Below are positions 50,048 through 60,385 of a DNA stretch of 64,000 nucleotides, piece after piece. This DNA comes from Parcubacteria bacterium C7867-008 (GTDB lineage: Bacteria; Patescibacteriota; Minisyncoccia; Phycocordibacterales; Phycocordibacteraceae): the NCBI GenBank assembly GCA_001189215.1, contig LFCR01000006.1, positions 840-64,839 on the forward strand, in the 5' to 3' direction. Position numbers and translations under genes: made by a program. The notes beneath the pieces are model-generated. The model searched no databases. It had not been told where the DNA came from and was given only the letters and a program-made list of their open reading frames with translations. Positions within the stretch are counted from its first letter, which is position 1, and each line of letters begins with the position of its first letter.

Positions 50048-51489
50048 TGAAAAAGAATACTCATCAATTCCTGTTCCTCTTCATCCTGCTGGTACTGCCA
50101 GGGGTATCGAGCGCAGCAACGATGAGTCTTTCGCCGTCCTCTACCTCAATCAACACTGGAGATATTGTCACCGTGCGCGTTGTGGTAAACCCGACAGGAA
50201 CGGCAATAAATAATGCAGAAGGTATTGTTCGGTTCCCCCCAGATATGCTTAAGGTGCTGTCGGTGAGTAAATCAAGTTCCATATTTCCTCTATGGGTAGA
50301 GGAACCATACTTCTCAAACAGTGCAGGTACCATATCGTTCAATGGAGGTGTGCCTAATCCGGGAGTAAGTTCTCCAGGAACTACACTATCTATCTCTTTC
50401 AATGCATTACGACCTGGTACAGCAACTCTCAGTATTTCTGATTCAGCCGTACGTGCAAATGATGGTTTTGGTACCAACGTTCTTACAAATTCCTATGGAA
50501 CACAACTCACCATAACCTCAGCTGTAGCAGTACCTACTCCAACGCCAACCAAGCCGGTAGAGAGCGGTACTAAGACTCCTTCAAGCGGACCGATTCAAAT
50601 CACCTCAAGTACTCATCCTGATCAATCGGTCTGGTATGCAAATGCGAACCCATCCTTTACCTGGGATCTACCAAAAGGTGCAACTTCAGTTCAGTTAGGC
50701 ATTGATCAATCATCAAGCGCTGTTCCAACCGTAACGTATGCGAAGCCAATTGAAGAAAAGACCATAGATACCGTCGAAGACGGCATATCGTACTTTGCTC
50801 TTAGATATCGATCGGGCTCAACATGGAGTGAGGTGAGTCGATATCAAGTCCGAATCGATACGGTAGCACCGGTAATTACGAGCCATGACTTCCTCTATGA
50901 TCAGAGTCAGGATGCAGTACTCGTACGCGCTACTGGTATGGACAGTGGTTCAGGTATATCAACCTATGAGATAGCAGTTGATGGAGCAGAACCGATTGTC
51001 ATTCAAGGGAATACCTTTGCAGAACACTCACAGTCCATCAAGGTACGTGGTGCAGGCATACACAGCATTACCTTGACCGCCTTAGATGCTGCCGGTAACC
51101 GTACCCGTGTTGATGGATCTATCTCAGTACCACCATCGCTTAGTACTCAAATACTCTTCCGCATCGGTCCGATAGCATTCAATCTCCTCTCGGTACTCAT
51201 CATCATGAGCCTGCTCCTCATACTTGCCCTCATGGCAGCGCTTCTTGAGTGGCGCACTATTCTCGGATATAAGTCTCGTCGTGATCCAAACATTCCACTA
51301 ATCCGTAAGGATATGCACCGAGGCTTCCTTAAGATGAAAGAGAATATGGCAAAGGATATTCGCGCACTGGATCGTGCGCGCACCAAGAGAGATCTCTCTC
51401 GAGAAGAGCTCGCGCTCTACAGGCGACAAATGGAGAATATGACAGCACTTGAGCGTCATATTGCTAAGCAGCTTACAGACGCTGAATAA
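50047..51489 (+). CDS. cohesin-like plus Ig-like domain protein with TM and cytoplasmic tail
   Basis: INNAEGIV.FP...LWVEEP..SN..GTISFNGGVP...ANDGFGT, SSTHPDQ..WY, IDTVAP, ALDAAGN, then TM. Confidence 0.8.
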   Translation: MKKNTHQFLFLFILLVLPGVSSAATMSLSPSSTSINTGDIVTVRVVVNPTGTAINNAEGIVRFPPDMLKVLSVSKSSSIFPLWVEEPYFSNSAGTISFNGGVPNPGVSSPGTTLSISFNALRPGTATLSISDSAVRANDGFGTNVLTNSYGTQLTITSAVAVPTPTPTKPVESGTKTPSSGPIQITSSTHPDQSVWYANANPSFTWDLPKGATSVQLGIDQSSSAVPTVTYAKPIEEKTIDTVEDGISYFALRYRSGSTWSEVSRYQVRIDTVAPVITSHDFLYDQSQDAVLVRATGMDSGSGISTYEIAVDGAEPIVIQGNTFAEHSQSIKVRGAGIHSITLTALDAAGNRTRVDGSISVPPSLSTQILFRIGPIAFNLLSVLIIMSLLLILALMAALLEWRTILGYKSRRDPNIPLIRKDMHRGFLKMKENMAKDIRALDRARTKRDLSREELALYRRQMENMTALERHIAKQLTDAE

Positions 51490-51493
51490 GGAT

Positions 51494-51955
51494 ATGGCAG
51501 ACACGGTTATTGACTTTGTTGCTCGCATTCTCCGACCGTTGTTAGTTGGACCCGCTCGATTCCTTGCTAACCCAAAACGTACCAAGACTTGGCAGGTTGA
51601 AGCTGCTTTTGTTGCAGCGGTGCTGTTGGTAGTCTCAGCACTCACAACCCCACCAATTCCTTCAACATTCTCTGATCTGGAAGCGATTAAAGCGTTCTTA
51701 ATAATTTGGCTCTCAGCTGCTGCGGTATTTGGATCCTTTCTTCACGCACAAGTGGGTACATATATGGCGGAAGATATGAGTAGCACAGAAAAGCCCCTCA
51801 CTGAGTGTTATCACAAGCTTGGACAGTACTGGGTATATAAGGAACTATTCTGGTTTTTGGTATTTCTTCTAAGTGGAGCGTATCCAGCCATAGCAGGTAA
51901 TGTTATTTTCCTCGTATATCCCGCTTGGAGGAAGATTTATAAGAGCTTTAGATAG
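51494..51955 (+). CDS. hypothetical membrane protein
   Basis: Three to four hydrophobic helices; co-oriented and tightly spaced. Confidence 0.7.
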   Translation: MADTVIDFVARILRPLLVGPARFLANPKRTKTWQVEAAFVAAVLLVVSALTTPPIPSTFSDLEAIKAFLIIWLSAAAVFGSFLHAQVGTYMAEDMSSTEKPLTECYHKLGQYWVYKELFWFLVFLLSGAYPAIAGNVIFLVYPAWRKIYKSFR

Positions 51956-51973
51956 GCACGCTATACTTACTCT

Positions 51974-52507
51974 ATGACCTCACTTAACCCCACCGTCATT
52001 GTGGTTGTGGCGATACTCGCCCTATTTCTCATAAGTATTACAGTTTCCAAGTACGCGATACACGATAACTTCACTCGTACACGCTTCGTTATGAGTGCAT
52101 TGTTTGCATTCATAGTTGCTACGCTCACCATTTCATTCTGGCGGTTTGCATTTATGACACTCCCATATACCATACCCGCAATGCTTGCCGGTATTTTACT
52201 CGGATACCTTATCGGCGTACGTACTGAGCAACAGAAGATCGTAACCAACGGTATTGAGCACTATATGGAACGGTTTGCACATATTGAACACAAGGACGTG
52301 AAGAACCTAACCTGGTGGAGTGTTATCAACTTCTATTCAATCATGTGCGGTCTTGTCCTCATCAACCTTATCGGTTTCACCAATGTAATCCTTCAAGGAT
52401 CACCAGGGTTCATTATTGGAACGAGTGTCGTGGGGGCTGCATTTATTGGTTCTATTCTTCCGTACCTATATCACCTCTGGACACTTCCTTGTGGTGAACG
52501 TTGCTAA
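51974..52507 (+). CDS. hypothetical membrane protein
   Basis: About five TM helices. TATACT 6 nt before the ATG. Confidence 0.72.
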   Translation: MTSLNPTVIVVVAILALFLISITVSKYAIHDNFTRTRFVMSALFAFIVATLTISFWRFAFMTLPYTIPAMLAGILLGYLIGVRTEQQKIVTNGIEHYMERFAHIEHKDVKNLTWWSVINFYSIMCGLVLINLIGFTNVILQGSPGFIIGTSVVGAAFIGSILPYLYHLWTLPCGERC

Positions 52508-53346
52508 GAGAGTGCAATTGCTAGACTGAATCCGACCAACAGAATAAGAGAGTAGAAGAACGTCTTTCGTGCCCATCGGGCATCGTTTTGTACAAAGAAT
52601 CCTGCGCCCGCAATAGAAACCCATCCAATGGTGAGAATGGTCATAGGAATTGTATAGATGAGACCAAGAGTATTAACGAGATACAGTGCGTACACAGCAA
52701 CAGCAAATAAGACTGCATGCACAAACATTAATACTTTCGTTGGCAGTATCCCCATAGACACGGGCATCACCGGAAGCTTTGCATTGCGATAGTCCTCTAA
52801 GCGGAAGATTGCGATAGCAAAGAAATGCGTCATCTGCCAACACACAAGAATGATAAAGAGGAGAACAGCTGTTTCATTCAATACATTCATAACCGCCACA
52901 TATCCCACTACCGGCGGCACAGCACCCGCTGCAGCTCCGATAATCGTACTGTGTACCGTCAGACGTTTTGCGGGAGTATAGAGTGCAATGTATGCGAACA
53001 CTCCTAAGAGCGTAATAAGGAAGGTGAGGAGGTTGGTAAAGAAGTAGAGCGAACCAAGACCGATCACAATGAGTACTGCACCAAATATAAGTGCACCACG
53101 TACAGGGATCCTTCCATTTGGAATAGCACGTCCTTGGGTACGTTTCATGTGCACATCAATATCCCGATCCATCACGTTATTTACTACGCATGCTCCAGCA
53201 ATAGAAAGGGAAAGACCAAGTATGGTGGCTACTAGAAGAGGGAAGGATACCGCTACTCCAGCAGCAAAGACGAAGGCAGCAAGCGCCGTCATCGCATTTC
53301 CATATACCATTCCTGGCTTTGTGAGGCGATAGTATTCTTTCATCAA
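52504..53346 (-). CDS. cyoE: heme o synthase (protoheme IX farnesyltransferase)
   Basis: LTKP, NNVMDRDIDVHMKRT..R, YTPAKR, GAVPP, WQMTHF. Confidence 0.95.
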   Translation of the reverse strand: MMKEYYRLTKPGMVYGNAMTALAAFVFAAGVAVSFPLLVATILGLSLSIAGACVVNNVMDRDIDVHMKRTQGRAIPNGRIPVRGALIFGAVLIVIGLGSLYFFTNLLTFLITLLGVFAYIALYTPAKRLTVHSTIIGAAAGAVPPVVGYVAVMNVLNETAVLLFIILVCWQMTHFFAIAIFRLEDYRNAKLPVMPVSMGILPTKVLMFVHAVLFAVAVYALYLVNTLGLIYTIPMTILTIGWVSIAGAGFFVQNDARWARKTFFYSLILLVGFSLAIALS

Positions 53347-53717
53347 TGTAGTTCGTGTGCGGGTGACACCATACCATCCTCATACAGCTCCTGCGTGGTG
53401 AGGGGCATCATATGGAGATGTTCAAGATTACTCATGATCCAAAGGGTACCCACTATAACAATCGCAATGATTAGTCCTGTTATCGAGAAGATAACGAGGT
53501 TCCATCGCGGCTTTGATTCTGAACCAAGATGAAGAAAGAATATCAACTGAACAAACAGCTGAATGAGCGCGGTGATAACAATCGCAGGAACAGCTAACGT
53601 ACCCAGCTGCGGTGCTACCCAAAATGCTAAGAGAGTGAGGAATATCGAAAGAGCAAAGCCCAGTACATATGAGCCCAGTGTTCCGTGCGGTATATCCGTG
53701 TGTGCGTGTTTGGTCAT
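53343..53717 (-). CDS. cyoD: cytochrome bo3 ubiquinol oxidase subunit IV
   Basis: SYVLGFALSIFLT, QLFVQLIFFLHL, GTLWIM. Confidence 0.92.
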   Translation of the reverse strand: MTKHAHTDIPHGTLGSYVLGFALSIFLTLLAFWVAPQLGTLAVPAIVITALIQLFVQLIFFLHLGSESKPRWNLVIFSITGLIIAIVIVGTLWIMSNLEHLHMMPLTTQELYEDGMVSPAHELH

Positions 53718-54283
53718 AGGGAGCCAAGTAAGTATACGAGGGAGAACAGACAGATCCATACAATATCGAGGAAGTGCCAGAAGAGAGAGAAGTACACAAT
53801 CCTCTTACTCATCTTAGGTGTAAGGCCACGAATGCCTAGATAGATGAATAGGGCAATGAGCCACGAGAGTCCAACAAAGATATGTAGTCCGTGTGTCCCA
53901 ACGAGCGTAAAGAATGATGAAAGGAAGGCACTTGCTGCCCAGCTGTGTCCTTCGGACACAAGCATACCGAACTCGCTCAACTCCATACCAAGGAATGTGG
54001 CACCAAGAGCAAACGTAGCGAGAAGAGAGAGCCATACGCCGACAGTATTCTTTGCCCGAGCTGCCAGTAGTGCAAGACCGCACGTAAAACTGCTTGTTAG
54101 AAGAATAAGAGTCTCAATCAATACGAATGAACGATCGAAGAGTTCAGCACCGCCAGCACCACCAGCCGTCTGTGTGTGCAGTACCGCATACGCAGCAAAC
54201 AGGGAAGCAAAGAGAATACAGTCACTCATGATGTATACCCACAGTCCAAATGAAACCTGTTCGTGTGTGTCGTGTTTCTTCAT
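53714..54283 (-). CDS. cyoC: cytochrome bo3 ubiquinol oxidase subunit III
   Basis: FGLWVYIMSDCILF, FFTLVGTHGLH, FWHFLDIVW. Confidence 0.95.
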   Translation of the reverse strand: MKKHDTHEQVSFGLWVYIMSDCILFASLFAAYAVLHTQTAGGAGGAELFDRSFVLIETLILLTSSFTCGLALLAARAKNTVGVWLSLLATFALGATFLGMELSEFGMLVSEGHSWAASAFLSSFFTLVGTHGLHIFVGLSWLIALFIYLGIRGLTPKMSKRIVYFSLFWHFLDIVWICLFSLVYLLGSL

Positions 54284-54285
54284 AC

Positions 54286-56238
54286 CTATTTATGGTGACG
54301 TTGCTCCGTCGCTTTCACGAGGTGCGCAGGGACTACATATTCTGTTTCATCAGCAAAGGAACGAACAACAATGGTAACGAATATACCGATGAGTGAAACA
54401 GGGAGTAACCACCACATGTGCCACACCATGCCGAATCCGAACAGGAATGAGAACCCTGCGATTAGGAGGCCAACGCAACTATTCTTTGGAAGGAGTATGT
54501 CCTGATACCCAGCTTCATGTGTCTGCTTCTTCTCTTTCATGGTCCACCACGCATCCCGACCATGTACGGTTGGGATATGTGCAAAGTTATAGAACGGGGC
54601 AGGTGATGGTACAGACCATTCAAGTGTTCGTCCATTCCAATAGTCACCCGTACGATCCATATGGCGCTTACGTTCAAACGTACTTACTGCATAGCATATG
54701 AATTGTGCTGCAGCGCCAAGCGCTATGATTCCTGCACCAACCGCAGCTAGTACCAAGAGCGGATGATAGCCACTTGCTGCATCCACGAAATCAAGACGAC
54801 GTGTCATACCCATCATGCCGAGTATGTATAGCGGTATGAATGCCATAGCAAATCCAACGATCCAGAGCCAGTACGAAACCTTACCCAGCATCTCGTTCAG
54901 ACCAAAGCCAAAGATCTTGGGGAACCAGTATGCAAATCCACAGAAGTATCCAAAGAGTACTCCACCAATAACCATGTTATGGAAGTGTGCAACAAGGAAG
55001 AGACTGTTGTGCAACTGGAAGTCCACTGCCGGCACAGACATAAGTACACCGGTCATGCCACCCAAGATGAAACTGAATAGGAAGCCCATGAACCAGAGCA
55101 TGGGCACAGTGTATTTAATACGTCCACGGAACATAGTAAAGATCCAATTGAATACTTTTACACCCGTTGGTATGGCGATAACCATCGTTGCAATACCAAA
55201 GAATGCGTTAACATTGGCTCCAGCACCCATGGTAAAGAAGTGGTGTACCCACACACCAAAGGAGAGTAAAACAATGGCCATGGTCGCTACCACCATAGAG
55301 GTGTATCCAAACAATCGTTTCTGTGAGAAGACAGGAACGATCTCAGAGAAGATACCAAATGCAGGAAGGATAAGAATGTACACCTCCGGGTGACCCCATG
55401 CCCAAATAAGGTTTACATACATCATCGCGTTACCCCCAAGATCGGTACTAAAGAAATGCATACCAAGCACACGATCAAGTGCAAGCATTGTCATGGTGCC
55501 GGTAAGGATGGGGAAGGCAAAGAGCACGAGTAGCATTGAACCTAGCACAGTCCAGACAAAGATCGGCATGCGCATGAGCGTCATGCCTGGTGCTCGTTCC
55601 TTTATAATTGTCACAATAAAATTCACGGCAGCAAGAAGCGTTCCGATACCGGAGATCTGGAGTGCCCAGATGTAGTAATCAACTCCAACACCGGGACTGT
55701 ATGCGATCTCAGAAAGAGGAGGATAGGCAAGCCAGCCCGTCGCAGCAAATGCGCCAACCACAAGAGAAAGATTCACTAGCACCGCACCGGTAGCGGTAAG
55801 CCAGAAACTGATGGAGTTTAGAAGAGGGAAGGAAACATCACGTGTACCAATCTGAAGAGGGAGAATGCAGTTGATGAGACCAAACATGAATGTCATGGCC
55901 ACAAAGAAGATCATAATCACACCATGTGCAGTGAATACTTGCGCAAAATGGTCAGGAGAGAGATAGCCTGTCCCTGCACCAACCGCGACAGCCTGCTGGC
56001 TACGCATCATGAGCGCATCAACGCCACCGCGTGCAAGCATGAGACCTGCAAGAATCAGATACATGATACCGATTCTCTTAGCGTCTAGAGAGGTGAGCCA
56101 TTCAGTCCACAACCATTTCCAGCGTTTCGTAATAGTAAGGAGAAGCACTACAGAAAGTGCACCGCCCACCACAATGAGCTGTGCGCCAGTTTCTATTGGG
56201 CCATGTATAAAAGCTTCGGGGGTAAGGATACCGAACAT
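54286..56238 (-). CDS. cyoB: cytochrome bo3 ubiquinol oxidase subunit I
   Basis: GHPEVY, VWVHH, AHFH and quinol-site motifs ARGGVD and DHFAQVFTAHG. Start MFGILT. Confidence 0.97.
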   Translation of the reverse strand: MFGILTPEAFIHGPIETGAQLIVVGGALSVVLLLTITKRWKWLWTEWLTSLDAKRIGIMYLILAGLMLARGGVDALMMRSQQAVAVGAGTGYLSPDHFAQVFTAHGVIMIFFVAMTFMFGLINCILPLQIGTRDVSFPLLNSISFWLTATGAVLVNLSLVVGAFAATGWLAYPPLSEIAYSPGVGVDYYIWALQISGIGTLLAAVNFIVTIIKERAPGMTLMRMPIFVWTVLGSMLLVLFAFPILTGTMTMLALDRVLGMHFFSTDLGGNAMMYVNLIWAWGHPEVYILILPAFGIFSEIVPVFSQKRLFGYTSMVVATMAIVLLSFGVWVHHFFTMGAGANVNAFFGIATMVIAIPTGVKVFNWIFTMFRGRIKYTVPMLWFMGFLFSFILGGMTGVLMSVPAVDFQLHNSLFLVAHFHNMVIGGVLFGYFCGFAYWFPKIFGFGLNEMLGKVSYWLWIVGFAMAFIPLYILGMMGMTRRLDFVDAASGYHPLLVLAAVGAGIIALGAAAQFICYAVSTFERKRHMDRTGDYWNGRTLEWSVPSPAPFYNFAHIPTVHGRDAWWTMKEKKQTHEAGYQDILLPKNSCVGLLIAGFSFLFGFGMVWHMWWLLPVSLIGIFVTIVVRSFADETEYVVPAHLVKATEQRHHK

Positions 56239-56239
56239 A

Positions 56240-57118
56240 TTAGTGGTGCTCAATATGATCCATCACTGGCATGGACATGAATGAATTTAGGATAGCTGAG
56301 AATGGCATGGTCACGCTTCCATAATACCGTACCGGCCCTGTATCGCTTGGCTCTGCAAGTACGGCATAGGTCTCGGGAGTAAGTGCAGCCCCTGATGCTT
56401 TAGCGTCTTTTACCCAATTTTCAAAGTCATCGTCTTCAAGTGCACGTGCGGTAAAGGTCATTTGTGAAAATCCTTCACCGCTGTAGTTGGCAGAACGACC
56501 AGCGAAATCTCCTGGTTCAGGAGCAATAAGGTGTAGGGATGTGCTCATGCCGGTCATTGCATACATCTGACCTCCAAGAGCAGGAATCCAGAATGAGTTC
56601 ATGGGTGCATCTGCCGTGATATGAAATTCAATAGGTGCATCTGCAGGGAATGCCACTTCATTCACGCTAGCAATTCCTTGTTCTGGGTATATGAACAACC
56701 ACTTCCAAGGTAATGCGACCACCTCGACCACCACCGGATCCTTTGGATGGTTGAGGGCACGCATTGGATCTAGTTCATGCGTACTACTCCAAGTGAGAGC
56801 AGCAAGAACCAGTACGATTTCGAGTGGTACAGACCACCAGATCAATTCCTCCATTGCGGAGTTTTCCCAGTTTGGGGTGTACTTCGCTTTGGTGTTTTCA
56901 GCACGGTAGAACCAACCAACAAATATAATCAGTATGAATACCGGTATTACAACGATAAGCATCAGGAATACCGTGCGCACCATAAGATCTCGCTCTAGAA
57001 GACCAATAGTGCCAGCTGGATCTAGTAGCGGAAATTGACCTCCGTGTGCAACTACCGTTAGCAGCACAACAAATCCTATGATGCCGAGAGACAGGGGAAT
57101 GAGTAACCGGGACTTCAT
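56240..57118 (-). CDS. cyoA: cytochrome bo3 ubiquinol oxidase subunit II
   Basis: LDPAG, WKWLFIYP, NSFWIPALGGQMYAM, SANYSGEGFSQM. No CuA cysteines. Confidence 0.95.
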   Translation of the reverse strand: MKSRLLIPLSLGIIGFVVLLTVVAHGGQFPLLDPAGTIGLLERDLMVRTVFLMLIVVIPVFILIIFVGWFYRAENTKAKYTPNWENSAMEELIWWSVPLEIVLVLAALTWSSTHELDPMRALNHPKDPVVVEVVALPWKWLFIYPEQGIASVNEVAFPADAPIEFHITADAPMNSFWIPALGGQMYAMTGMSTSLHLIAPEPGDFAGRSANYSGEGFSQMTFTARALEDDDFENWVKDAKASGAALTPETYAVLAEPSDTGPVRYYGSVTMPFSAILNSFMSMPVMDHIEHH

Positions 57119-57973
57119 CTAGTTCATTGTAACGGTCAGTAGGCTATCTAGGAATGCACTAAAATCCTCAGGATCAGCGGTTGCGTTCTTGAGAACCTGA
57201 TCTTTATAGGAAGTGAGTTCGAAATGATTACGTGTTGTTTCTTGGGTGCCTTCCACCAGCTTAATAAAACCTTGTTCCATAAGGTATTGATCTGCATACC
57301 CAGTGAGGTTCCAAGAGATGTTGTACGGAAGAGTTTTAGGAGCAAGATCATTCACAATATGAGCCAATGCATTAGTGCAGTTCTCAGTGAGAGTGTTGTA
57401 GAACCGAGGACGCGTAGCAAGTTCATTTGTTTGATTCACGCTGCCACGGAACAACGCTTCAGACATAGTTGAAGTGATAGCAAGAGGGTATCTACGTACC
57501 GGATGATCAAGATAGAGCATACGGCGGGTTATAAAATCACGTTCCGTACCCCATTGGTAGCTTAGCTCGTATGATTTGAAGAGACCTCGTATTGCTGAAT
57601 AGTCTTCTCCCGCCTCACGACGTGCTTCGATTGAAAAGGAGAGTGTTGTTCCATCTTTGAATTCAAAACTAAGGAATGTGTGTCCAACCGCTTTCCATTG
57701 CGAGAATGGTTCCGTAACAAACCAAACCTTCTTTATTGCTTTAGGGTCTACCTCCACTGTTCGCCATTCCTTCGAAGTGATGGTGCCATTGCCGTAGGTC
57801 CAATCCCGTACATTCGAGAGTGCAATATGTCCGTTTGAGAGGGTGGTTGCTGTTGCGGTGCGCGAGAATTCTTCAGACCAGTTCCGATCGGTGCGTGGTT
57901 GAATGCTCAGGAAAAAGAGAAGAGCAGCTATAACTGCCAGTACGAGTGTCCATTTTAAAACCCTTTTACTCAT
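57119..57973 (-). CDS. DUF4105 / Lnb N-terminal-like domain protein
   Basis: GHTFLSF, SIEARRE, FYNTLTENCTN and an N-terminal anchor. Confidence 0.8.
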   Translation of the reverse strand: MSKRVLKWTLVLAVIAALLFFLSIQPRTDRNWSEEFSRTATATTLSNGHIALSNVRDWTYGNGTITSKEWRTVEVDPKAIKKVWFVTEPFSQWKAVGHTFLSFEFKDGTTLSFSIEARREAGEDYSAIRGLFKSYELSYQWGTERDFITRRMLYLDHPVRRYPLAITSTMSEALFRGSVNQTNELATRPRFYNTLTENCTNALAHIVNDLAPKTLPYNISWNLTGYADQYLMEQGFIKLVEGTQETTRNHFELTSYKDQVLKNATADPEDFSAFLDSLLTVTMN

Positions 57974-58036
57974 TACTGGTTATTGTATCGCATGTATGGT
58001 GGTATTCTGATGGCATAACACCTGTCTTTGACTACT

Positions 58037-58426
58037 ATGGCTGAATATATTCCGGGCGTCTGTAACATCGGGGAAGAGGAAGTAAAAGGACGTATCGTGT
58101 CCGGTTGGTTGGGACTCATCCTCACCATTGTCATAGCTGCCATCCTTGTTTATCTACAAGCAACTAAATGGACGTATCTCGTTCTCTTCTTTCCAGCTTT
58201 TATCGGTGCACTTGGCTTCCTACAAGGAGCATTCCATTTCTGTGTTGCTTTTGGTACGCAGGGTCTCTTTAATGTTTCGCAGGGAATGGGGCATACTGAG
58301 TCCGTCTCGCAGGCAGAGTATCGTAGTAAAGATCAAAAGAAGGTGGTGTTGATTTTGGTGTATTCGGGAATAATTGCAGTAATCATAGCCGGTGCCAGTT
58401 TACTTTCCTTGAGCACTTTTTCTTAA
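58037..58426 (+). CDS. conserved hypothetical membrane protein
   Basis: YIPGVCNIG..E, GFLQ..FHFCV.FG and three TM helices. Confidence 0.75.
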   Translation: MAEYIPGVCNIGEEEVKGRIVSGWLGLILTIVIAAILVYLQATKWTYLVLFFPAFIGALGFLQGAFHFCVAFGTQGLFNVSQGMGHTESVSQAEYRSKDQKKVVLILVYSGIIAVIIAGASLLSLSTFS

Positions 58427-60385
58427 AAGTGGGAGTTTTACAGTAAAGATGGTGCCTCGATTTATTACGCTGCTAACCCAAATACTCCCACCTTCTAGCT
58501 CAACAAGTTGCTTTACAATCGCAAGACCTAAACCACTACCCGGAATGTTTTGCTGATGATCCTTGCTCCTGTAAAAACGGTCAAATATTTTATTCAGTGC
58601 GGATTGTTCTATGCCACAACCACTGTCTTGAATAATTATTTCAGCATTTGAATATAAAACACGAAGAGAAATATTAATCTTGCGAATTTTTCGTTTCCCA
58701 ATATATTTGAGCGAATTACTTATTAAATTAATTACTACCGTACGGATTTGTCGTGGATCACCAAATATTGTTATATTTTCTTCTATTTCTTTTACAATCT
58801 GAATTGACCTACTTGCAGCAATTACTTCAATTTCTTCACAAAGATCTTGTATAACTTCATCGAGTTTATAGTAATCTTTTTCAGTGTTTGTCACTTGTTC
58901 TAGGTGTGCCAGTTGGAGCAAGTCCTTTATATATAAAGAAATATTATTTATTGTTCTCTCTAGGCTTTGAAAATCAGTATCTTTTAAGTTCCTTCCACGT
59001 AATCCTTCAAGTTTTATTTTAAAAATAGTTATTGGTGTCTGTAGTGTATGAGATATGTCTAGAATCATTTCTTTTTGTTGTTCGTGCAGAGAATATATTT
59101 CTTGTGTCCTTTCCTTTACTTTATCCTCTAGTTCCTCAGTATATTTTTCTACCTGCTGATGAAGCCTAACTCGAGCAAGCGCAGTAGACGCCTGGTATAC
59201 AAATGTATTAAGTAGCTTAATATCTACAGCTTTATATTGTTCTCCGGACCGCTTTAGACCAACTTCTATATAACCTATGGTTTGTGTCTCAGATAGTATT
59301 GGGAATATTAGATGTCCGGGCAATGCTTCAATCATGTCAATTTCTTCATCGAGTAATATGATTCTTACCTTCTCTGAACGAAGGATTGAAGACAAGTTTT
59401 TCTCAATCTGACTAATTAACTCGCCAGGAGTTTTTGCAGTATAAAGAATCCCGCTTAATATATGCATTGCATCTGCATACTCATACTTATCTTTGAAAAA
59501 TAAAGCATCAGTTACTCTTTTTAAATACCGATCAAGATATGGAATCGAAAAAGTACCTATAAGCACTGAGACCCCACTACTTATATAGATACCCATATTA
59601 GTAACACTACCCAAGACTGTTGTTAGAATATAAAGTACTACTAAATAGATAAGTATTACGCTAAGAAATAAAGATGTATAGACCAAACCAAGTTGGAAAA
59701 TAGCCTTTACTTCAAAAAGATGATGTCGAACTGTTGCATACCCAACGCAAACAGCAAAAAAGATTGAACAGATTGGTCCTAATTCAAAAAATCTTAGTTC
59801 ACCGAAGATTGGGAGAATAATATCAAACAGTACTTGACTAGTAATAGTTATCAATAAACCACTTAATACAAGGAGTATTTGCATCCGCTTTGTATTTTCA
59901 TGGATGTAATTAAGCGAGTATATTAGTCGACTTGAGCCGTATGCAAGGCATGCCAAAAGAAGAACGGCAGCTACATTATAAATAACCCCAGGTACGATTT
60001 GAGCAGGTGCATTTTGTGGGAATATTACACCCGCAACACCCAGATCACTAAAAGCTAGTGGAGTAATAGCTAATGTTAATACGCCATAGATACTGAGGCG
60101 ATGTATTGGCGGAATCCTCTCTTCAACAACGAGATCAATTACAATTAAGGAAATGAATAAGTTTATACCGCCAGCAATAAAGGCAAGTCCACTTGAAATA
60201 ATCAACCAGTCACTTGTATATGAAATATCTGCTACCACGTTTGACTCAATCCAGACCGCAGTGCTTATGAGATAAAATCCCAATGTTGTATCAAGACTTT
60301 TTGAATTCCTAAACAACAGAAGTAATGCGCCACATATAAAGTAAATAATCCCGAATATCGATGCGATATAGGTAAGAAAGAACAT
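58400..60385 (-). CDS. sensor histidine kinase with a multi-TM N-terminus and GAF-like domain; low GC
   Basis: ISHTLQTP, NLISNSLKY, DSGCGI, IFDRFYR, GSGLGLAI. Confidence 0.9.
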   Translation of the reverse strand: MFFLTYIASIFGIIYFICGALLLLFRNSKSLDTTLGFYLISTAVWIESNVVADISYTSDWLIISSGLAFIAGGINLFISLIVIDLVVEERIPPIHRLSIYGVLTLAITPLAFSDLGVAGVIFPQNAPAQIVPGVIYNVAAVLLLACLAYGSSRLIYSLNYIHENTKRMQILLVLSGLLITITSQVLFDIILPIFGELRFFELGPICSIFFAVCVGYATVRHHLFEVKAIFQLGLVYTSLFLSVILIYLVVLYILTTVLGSVTNMGIYISSGVSVLIGTFSIPYLDRYLKRVTDALFFKDKYEYADAMHILSGILYTAKTPGELISQIEKNLSSILRSEKVRIILLDEEIDMIEALPGHLIFPILSETQTIGYIEVGLKRSGEQYKAVDIKLLNTFVYQASTALARVRLHQQVEKYTEELEDKVKERTQEIYSLHEQQKEMILDISHTLQTPITIFKIKLEGLRGRNLKDTDFQSLERTINNISLYIKDLLQLAHLEQVTNTEKDYYKLDEVIQDLCEEIEVIAASRSIQIVKEIEENITIFGDPRQIRTVVINLISNSLKYIGKRKIRKINISLRVLYSNAEIIIQDSGCGIEQSALNKIFDRFYRSKDHQQNIPGSGLGLAIVKQLVELEGGSIWVSSVINRGTIFTVKLPLLRKSAQGK

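Noticed and set aside
27546-52507. tRNA-Met-integrated mobile island
   Set aside because: The content looks accessory, but I found no integrase and no duplicated tRNA 3' end by eye, so it is not called as a mobile element.
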